64,000 nt of DNA from Antedon mediterranea (lineage: Eukaryota; Animalia; Echinodermata). The notes below the pieces were generated by a model that saw nothing but the letters and a program-made list of their open reading frames with translations, did no database searches and was not told the DNA's origin. Position numbers and translations under genes: made by a program. Positions within the stretch are counted from its first letter, which is position 1. Every line of letters starts with the position of its first letter. Positions 56,201 to 64,000 of this stretch are shown in pieces. The stretch is from the NCBI RefSeq assembly GCF_964355755.1, contig NC_092675.1, forward strand, positions 29,236,912 to 29,300,911, written 5' to 3'.

Positions 56201-59200
56201 CTGGGTTGCGGACTGGTTAGCAATATCCTGTCATAAAATAACAATTATTATTTTTTTGATACATTACTTCTAACACAAGGCAAACACTTCCATAAATTAC
56301 AGTAATAACTGATTATTATTGTTGATTTATTACTGCTTTTCGTCGCAGTAATGAAACAATGTTTATTTTAGTAGAAGAACAATAATTATCGTTTTAAGTA
56401 AATCTCTATTTGTCTTTCTCAGGGGAAAATGTAAGGGTTGTGCTTATGGCATTTCCCGCCTTTTGACAGTTGAAATGCAATTATGAACTACTCTTTGATA
56501 TTTTTTTTTGACTGTTTGAAATATCTTGAGCCCGCCTCTGTTTTTAATTATTATTATTAACCACATTACAAATCTTCTAAAAATTGGCAACAATATAATA
56601 ATATCGCCTTGAGTTAAAAAGATCTAAAAATAGAACATTTAAGTAATATAGTTATGACTCATACAAAATTATTTAATTTACATTTTTCTAAATCTTTCTG
56701 TATATTAAAACAGATAAATTAATTTTAAAGGTGCAAAAAGGTGTTCAGTTTTGTGGGATTTAAGTAAAACATTTTATTGTTTTAGTCGAAATACCAATTA
56801 AAATAAAGAACTTTATAAACATCTTCATACCTTTTCCGAAAAACTAAACTTGAGCTGTTTATTAGCTGGTGAAAGGAGTCTATCATCAATGCTAGACCAA
56901 TTATTGGCTGGAGACTGGAGTCTATCATCATCAGTTGAGATGTTTGCCATGCTCTCTTGTGAAATTGGACTCTTCAGCTGATCAAAGGAATTTGGGGATG
57001 TTACGGATGTTTTCCTAGTTGAACTTGCACCCTCTAGTGGTGTACTGGTTTTCACTGCTGGAGATATTGGACTCTTTAACTGATCAAATGTATTTGGAGA
57101 TGTTACAGCTGTTGTCTTAGTTGAACTTGCACCCTCTGCTGGTGTACTGGTCTTCATTGCTGGTGATATTAATAATGAAGGTGACAATGTGTTCTCCTTC
57201 ATCTTTGTGTCCGTGTTCTTTGCTTTGTTGTCAATGGACTGGAATTCCTTTCGATTCGCTTCGATGGAAGCTAACAGATCATCAACATCTTTTAGTTGGT
57301 CATTATCATCAGAAAAATCCTGTAAAAAGTTAATACAAAACACACGATAAAAATCATAAATGCAGTTGTGCTGGGCGGCATTCAAAGTTGTCCAGACAGC
57401 CTACAAGTTATTTTAAGACCTTTTACCAGCCAAATTTCAACACAGCATTCAATCTAGACAGGTATCTCTGGGTACCTGTAACTGCTAATTTTCCACACCC
57501 ACTGAATGTGCTGTATCGCAGCTACCAAGCAAACATTTTATGGCCACAAGGCCTAATAAAACCTAAAGCTATGACTACACTATTAATATATGGACATGAT
57601 GATGTCATACCACTACCATATTTGGGCATATCACTACCATATTTGGGCATATCAATAAACTAAATGTTAAATGTTTAAAATAATTCTAACCTCCCACTCA
57701 GAATCTGACGAGAGTTCTCCGACATCAATATCAGATTCACTCTTCTTCCTCTCTCTCAGGCTTCCACCTGGTTTTAGTAGACTCATAGATTTTTCTGGTT
57801 TCTTTTTTTCTTCTCCAGTGGAATTAAACGTGCTATTCTTGCTTGCATTCAGTGAATCAGATTTCCCATATTTCTCATTTTCTTCGTCATCAGACACGAA
57901 TGGAGATACTGGTGCTATTCCCACAACAGGTTCTTTATTTCTGAAAACAAAAGAGAGTAAATGTATGTTAAAATAGATACAATACAATACACTTTACATT
58001 TACAATAAGTTTAATAGAAATGAAAGTGTTTTTACTTTTTTGCTTGTTTTTGTATTTTTATGAATGTTTTTTGAAGATTTTTTGTGTGGATATTTTCTGA
58101 TATATGGATTGAAATGCTATATTATATCTTTATGTGCTACTTGGTAAGAGGATTCACAGGCTCTTGTCTTAGGGATTTAGTTCCCTTTTGTGTTCCTGCC
58201 ACTTACTTTGTAGTTGTTTGTTATTTGTTGTTGTTTTGATTGGCAATAAAGAATAAGAATCAGAAAGAAATTATATAAAAAGTGTTTTTCCTCTCCATCG
58301 ATTGGAGGAAAATCCTTGAATCTATGCATCAACAATTACCTTGTTAGTTGAAGCTTAGCCACAGGTGCTGCTGCCTCTAGTTCTCTCCTAGCCTGAAGCA
58401 AACCAAGGCCAGACAAACTCTTTCCATTAATGTAGTGAACCTGATCACCAGGCTGAATAGAGCCTTCAACATCAGCAGGTAATCCTGGAATAAGATCACT
58501 TACGAAAACACCTGGCCTACGACCCTTCAGGTCAAGGGTTAAGGACAAGCCTAAATGGCCAGCTGAATTGCGTTCCATTGTAATCACAGGGAGGTTACTT
58601 GATAAGACACTTGGCAAGGATACAGAGTCCGATAGAGAATTGGTGATAGGTTCCGAGATGACAACTGAATCCTTAGGTCGTGAGAGTTTGATGTTGACCT
58701 CTTTAGGGGTCATTCGCAAAAATGAAACAGCGTCAAAATGGCTCATCGTAGTCATATCATGCCCGTTTACCTATTACAAAAAAAAACTAATAAATACTAC
58801 ATTTGAATAAAATAGTTCCTCAGATTCTTAAAATAGTCTGGAAGCACACAAGCCATTTATTACCGGCATTTTAACTTGAATATTAAAAAATTTAATCATG
58901 TGATTTGGGCTTTGTGCCTGTTTTTTTTTTGCCCGGTTTTTGCATTTTCTTGTTTTTACTCCCTAAAATCTCTACTGTAAACTAATATTTTGTAAACATT
59001 TATTGCAATTCAGTTTGATTTTTAAAACAAATATGTCATTATAAGCACAGTGTTTTTCTAATTACTTACTGAAACTCTACAGCCATGAGTTATAAAAAAC
59101 ATAAACTGTGACAATGTTTCAAATCAAAATGTTACGTAAACATGCACTAAGCACGGTACCTCTAGTATTTTGTCCCCTTTCTGCATACGTCCATCAGCTT

Positions 59201-62200
59201 TGGCAGGATCTTGCACTACACCCTTGATGTAGCAACCACCGGTCTTAACACCTCCAGACACAGTGAAGCCAAGTCCGCCTCTTGATGGCTTCACTAAACT
59301 CACTTCAAAGATGTCCTTGGAAAATAAAGAATGAGAATTACACACAGATCTAGATACACTAGATAGCAGCCTAATATAGTAGAAGCCCTCCTTTAGGCTT
59401 CCCTTATTAAGTGGAAATTTTTCAGTGAAAAGAACAAGGGTAATATATGTTTTAAAACTGCAGTTAACCCCTATTCAGTGGACTTTATTGGGTCCTGACA
59501 ATGTCCCCTTAAATAGGGTTGACTGTATAGCCTTAGTGTTACAAAATAAAAGCTTAATAAATAAACATTTACTGAAATGATATCACTACTACTGAGGACC
59601 CTGGTACCATGACTATGATTAGTTGTGTAGGTTTGCTGTACTCGTATGGTATCAAAATAAATCAAACAAACTTTATCAATAATAAAATATTTACTTAGTA
59701 TGATAAACAATAAAATGAAAGGGAAGTAAAATAAATAAGCAGAATTTGTAAAAAAAAAAAAAAGTGCGATAGTGCACAAGATAAAATGGATAAATGGATA
59801 GATACAATACAGTCAACTCTCCCAATACCCGACTCTCCCAAAACCGGAATTCACGAAAAACCGGACTTTTTTGGAGGGCCCAATTTGTCCCTATTCTAAT
59901 TGTACTGTAATTTATTATGAAAACCGGAATACCCAATTCCGGAATCCGGACAAATTATGAAGTACAAAACACGAAAATTAGCGTCTGAAAACCGGACTGA
60001 CGGTTAAAAAACTCCAAATATTTACGAAAACAACGTAACATCGTCGTCGCTGACTCGGATTCACTACATTCACAATGTACAAAAGCTTTTAACCATACCC
60101 TCACCATGCATGAAGTGCGCGACGTTTCGCGGTACGATCAAATAATGTTGCCACGGAGCACTACACTGTGATTGACAGGTCAGTTCATTGTTAACCCACG
60201 AGGCGGCAATTGCTTTGTTGCGTATCGAACTGCGGTGGGCTTTTTCACATCGAAGCGCTATGTCTTAATGTCTATTGTTTTTAGCAGGGAGTTGTTAACA
60301 ACTCCCTGTTTTTTAGCATATGAATTGTTTTTTAATAAAGTTAAATTTACATTCCTGTGTCTTTGTTTTGTTTAAATTATTGTTAAATTCACAATTGCAA
60401 TAGGACTTCAAAAAGGAATGTTTCACTAAAAACGGGATCGACTAAAAATGTGCATCATTATAAATTTGGAAATCATTATGGCAAAACGTAAACGGAATGA
60501 ACATGACTTAACTTGTGTTAATAAACTTTAAAATGTTACCAATTAATTATTGTGTCATTATTGCTTGGCTCGTTTACCTAATCAATTTTCATCATTGCTA
60601 TCAAATTACGTCAAACTAAAGGAGCTTAAAAAACATGTGGTCTAGGTGTGGGCGTTTTTATTTGATTATGACACCTCTGCACATGCGCATCAATCAAAGC
60701 CCTTCACCCATGCTGCTGCTGCTAGCTAGCTCACGAAAAACAATAAACAGAAATTATGTTTGCCGTTAAAAACACATTGAGAAACAATAATTTACTATTG
60801 TAACATGTTTTATTGGTACAATAAATAATGTAACTTTTAAAAAAGGTAAATTGAATTACTGTAGCTTAATATTAATAAAGTAGGCCTAGGCCTATCAGTA
60901 TTTATTTAATTAAAACTAGATTGACACAATCATATTCATAGCCTAGCCTAGGCCTTCCCTACGCTAGGAGACCGTACCGGGCAGCATTCGGTGACAACGT
61001 GATGACTTTAAAAATATGTTTTCAGGAAACCGGACTTTCGAAAAACCGGAAAATATATGCCCGCCCAAGGGTGTCCGGTATTGGGAGAGTTGACTGTACT
61101 TACATTATCATTATCGAGTTCTTGTTCATCTTTATTTGGTGTGAGTGGTGGGGACGTTGAAGGAGGTGTTGGTATGTCAAACCTATCATCTTCCAAGTCT
61201 TTTGTAGGGGATGGTGATGAACTAAACAAGCTGGTGTTGTTAGTAGTAAGAAGTGGGTTCGGGGAGGGGGTTGTCAGCCGAGGGGACATTGATAGCTTAG
61301 CTTCTAATTCCGATTCTTCAGCCTAAAAAAGAATTAATAAATAATAAAGTGAAATACAAAACTTAAATGACTTCCTTTACATCAGTCTTTCACATGATAA
61401 ATAAGTTACACTATATCAATATGACACTCAGAAATGTAAATATATTTATATATTTCAATATCAAAGATATGAAATTGTGTAAAAGTGTTGTTTTACCCTT
61501 AATCGAATATTATCAAGTTCCTCTTCACTTGGACGACACAGAAGAAGTGTAACAGGGTTGGTGGCACTACGTAATACACTAACTGTTTCCTAAAATGTAA
61601 AAAGAAAGATGTTGATTATAAAAATAAAAATTGCCAAAACAAAGAAGAAAATACAAAAATGCAAAAAAAAATAAAGACATGGTCTTTGTACCATTTGCAT
61701 GTTTGTCAGACTATGGTGAAACCAAGATTGACCAGGATAAGCGTAAATGATTAATTCTCTATCTTTCTTAAAGGTAGCAGTTCGATAAGATTCTCTACAT
61801 AAACAAAGTCTTATTATTCTTTGGGAGTGTAGTTAGTTGTTTTTTGTCATGAGGGAACAATTTTGACCTCTGACAGGATTTGAATCCAGGACCCGAGCAA
61901 CTTAACCACCAAGCTACACTAAAAGTGGAACGTACCGCATGTGAGAGGTCATGAACAGCTGTTTCGTTGACCTTTAGTATGACATCATGCACTTCAATCA
62001 TCTCACTTTCTGCTGCAGGCTGCCCTGCAAAGATCCTCTTGATTCGAATCAGTTGGATGGTAGGGTTCTTGTGGGCATCTTTGCCACCTTGGATACTGAA
62101 CCCTAGGCCTTGGGAGCCTTTTAATAAATCCACTTCAAAGGTATTTTCTGTGTATAAAGTCAGATATTAATATGCAATATCATAAATTACACAAACCAAC

Positions 62201-64000
62201 AGTGGTGTTGGTAGTCTATGAGTGAGATACCTACCTGTATAGAGTCTACTGCGCCTGGACTATTCCCGTTCAAAGGGTTGTCCATATTGGGAATAATGGC
62301 TTATGTAGAGTCTATACAGGTAGGGATCTCACAAAATAGACTATATTAACTTTACACACAATAATTATTTGTGTGTGGTAATGAAAGCATTGTCACTGTA
62401 TTCAAATTAAGCTTTTTCATACCAAGTACACACTTCTGTAAAAAAAACCAAGCATTTATTATTATTCAGTGGTCAAATGGTATGACATTCATCCTACCCA
62501 CGCAACATCTCAGGTTCAAATCTCACTAGAGACATTATTCATCAACCAAAAAATTAGTAATAGTTCTATTACTTCTATAGTCAATGTCCCATTTCCATTC
62601 AAACCATTAAATATGGTACAGAATGTACATTTGTAGCTTTATGTAATTTTTCATTGACCCCTTAGAAATACTTAAGTAAAGCCTGATGTAAGTTGCTTTG
62701 ATTTATCTTATATCCCAATGCTTATATTTCAGGATTGATACTACTTACCTGGTGTTACATATGGAAGGTCAGGAAGATGAACTTTGACACCTTCACCAAT
62801 AGCTGACCTCATTGTACCAGTCAATGACATGTTGTCCATAATTGAGAAGTCACCAGTTCTGCTCAGAGTCGATGAAGTTGACACCACAGTAGCATTGTTA
62901 ACCAATAATGAAGGCTCTTCCATTGCCGATGAGGGGGGTGTGTCTGACCATTCACTTTCGGCCGGACTTGACGGTGGGGACGTGAAAACTAATTCGGGAG
63001 CTGGACTACGAGGAGTCGTGTTAGTGGCTGGTTGGTTTGTAGATAGAACTGTATTGCGACTTACAGACGGTGAACTGATTAACTCCAGTAAGTCTGCTTC
63101 TTGGGTGCTAAGCGCTGGTGACACAACACGACGACGAATATCATCGTCTTGGTTCTCCTCATTACCTCTTGATAGGTCATCTTCACTCTCAGCTTTGTCA
63201 AACTGATTGTCACCTGCTAAGTCTGGGAGGTCAGAGTTCAATGAAAGATCATCTCCAAAATCTTCTATTGTAGGTGTAGAAATACGAGAATCGGAGTCAT
63301 CTTCGTCATCTCTAAGATCTTCTGCAGGAATACCAAATGGTTTCTCTTTCGTACCGGAAGGCAGCACCGTGGCAGAGTACTCATCATTGGTGAAGGCTGG
63401 TGATGACATCTCATCATGGGATAACGTCTGTGGTGACACAACTGTGGAGTTGTTTGGTACTTTAGTAGAGTGGGCTGGAGTGGCATTGTCAGACATTGGT
63501 GATGTTAGACCAGACGTCTGGTGTGATGTCATATCTTCAATGTGTTGTTCTGAACTAGACGTGGCTGCTCCAAGATCTGGTTGCAAGAAATTAAAAGAAA
63601 ACACAATTAATTAGTTGACTAAATTTCCTTGGTTGGTAACATTAACCAAACATGCTACTAGAGTAGATGTAGAAATTTGGTTGTAGTGATGTCATTCAAA
63701 CTTGTATAACTTTGGCAGTAAAGAATAATTGTTGTACAAAGTTATAATTATTATTATTTAAAAAATTAAATATTATCAACATTATATTTCCTTCTCCAAG
63801 GCTGGCTGCTCACTAGCAAAGATCTGCGTTCTGCGTAGCACATATCTTAAAATATGCACCATCCATGTGTGTTTTCTTGTGCATGGAAAAATAAACCAAA
63901 TTAACCATTAAATTTAATTGATATATGGAACATTATCCTTTATAATAGTGTATACGTATATAAATTTAATTTACAAACCTTTGTCTTCAGCAGCCATCTG
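44224..64000 (-). CDS. PTPN13: PTPN13-like multi-PDZ tyrosine phosphatase, 3' part; exons 64000-63979, 63576-62749, 62147-61936, 61589-61497, 61322-61104, 59315-59160, 58770-58340, 57940-57691, 57319-56831, 56227-56036, 52597-52430, 51885-51600, 50764-50591, 48816-48734, 48257-48000, 47553-47463, 46365-46154, 45732-45598, 45113-44898, 44543-44481, 44280-44224
   Basis: Four PDZ domains (GLGFSIQGG, GLGFTVSGG, HLGLSL, GLGFSLIGG) precede a complete classical PTP domain with KNRY, DYINAS, YIACQGP, DFWQMIWEQ, KCHRYWP, WPDHGVP, VHCSAGIGRTG and QTKDQY. Splice phases are consistent throughout. Multiple PDZ domains plus a C-terminal PTP is the PTPN13 architecture; the KIND/FERM region would lie outside the window. 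Confidence 0.9.
46464..46700 (+). mobile_element. CORE-like SINE with an L2-type 3' tail
   Basis: tccttaggcaagatactttacct...gcctc...tgtataaatggg resembles the MIR/CORE domain. The tail is gcgcttagag...gcgctatataaatct...(tat)n. Confidence 0.65.
47814..47899. repeat. (ATCTGT)n hexanucleotide microsatellite
   Basis: Directly visible, about 14 units. Confidence 0.95.
49211..49409. mobile_element. hAT-type MITE
   Basis: TIR CAGTGGCGTAACG / CGTTACGCCACTG with an 8-bp TSD aatatagg/aacatagg. Second, decayed copy at ~52655-52826. Confidence 0.8.
59810..61096. mobile_element. ~1.3 kb non-autonomous Tc1/pogo-type element
   Basis: TA-CAGTCAACTCTCCCAATACC ... GGTATTGGGAGAGTTGACTG-TA; same TIR as 36804-38046; no transposase ORF. 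Confidence 0.85.

Noticed and set aside
56046-63614. Plus-strand Ser-rich ORFs opposite PTPN13 exons
   Set aside because: Antisense shadows of the minus-strand coding exons.

Overview
AT-rich, intron-containing invertebrate DNA, probably a deuterostome such as an echinoderm (inferred from Deu-domain and CORE-like SINEs and the gene set). From left to right: (1) the last four coding exons of CLCC1 (+); (2) a ~23 kb repeat-rich interval (9.0-32.3 kb) holding five small spliced genes for secreted ShK-toxin-like (ShKT) peptides, which the ORF track does not recover; (3) a head-to-head pair, a C10orf53/UPF0728 homologue (-) and NFU1 (+); (4) the 3' 21 exons of a PTPN13-like multi-PDZ tyrosine phosphatase (-). 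The ShKT genes lie three on + and two on -, convergently. They share one layout: a signal-peptide exon, a 22-34 nt microexon and ShKT exon(s), often with an intron at or just after the stop codon. Four look intact (one has two domains) and one has lost Cys5 and carries an in-frame TGA. Intergenic and intronic DNA holds PIF/Harbinger-, hAT- and Tc1/pogo-type MITEs (often nested), an L2-type LINE 3' end, several SINEs and tandem arrays. All exon structures were built by eye from GT-AG sites and frame continuity; no database searches were run.
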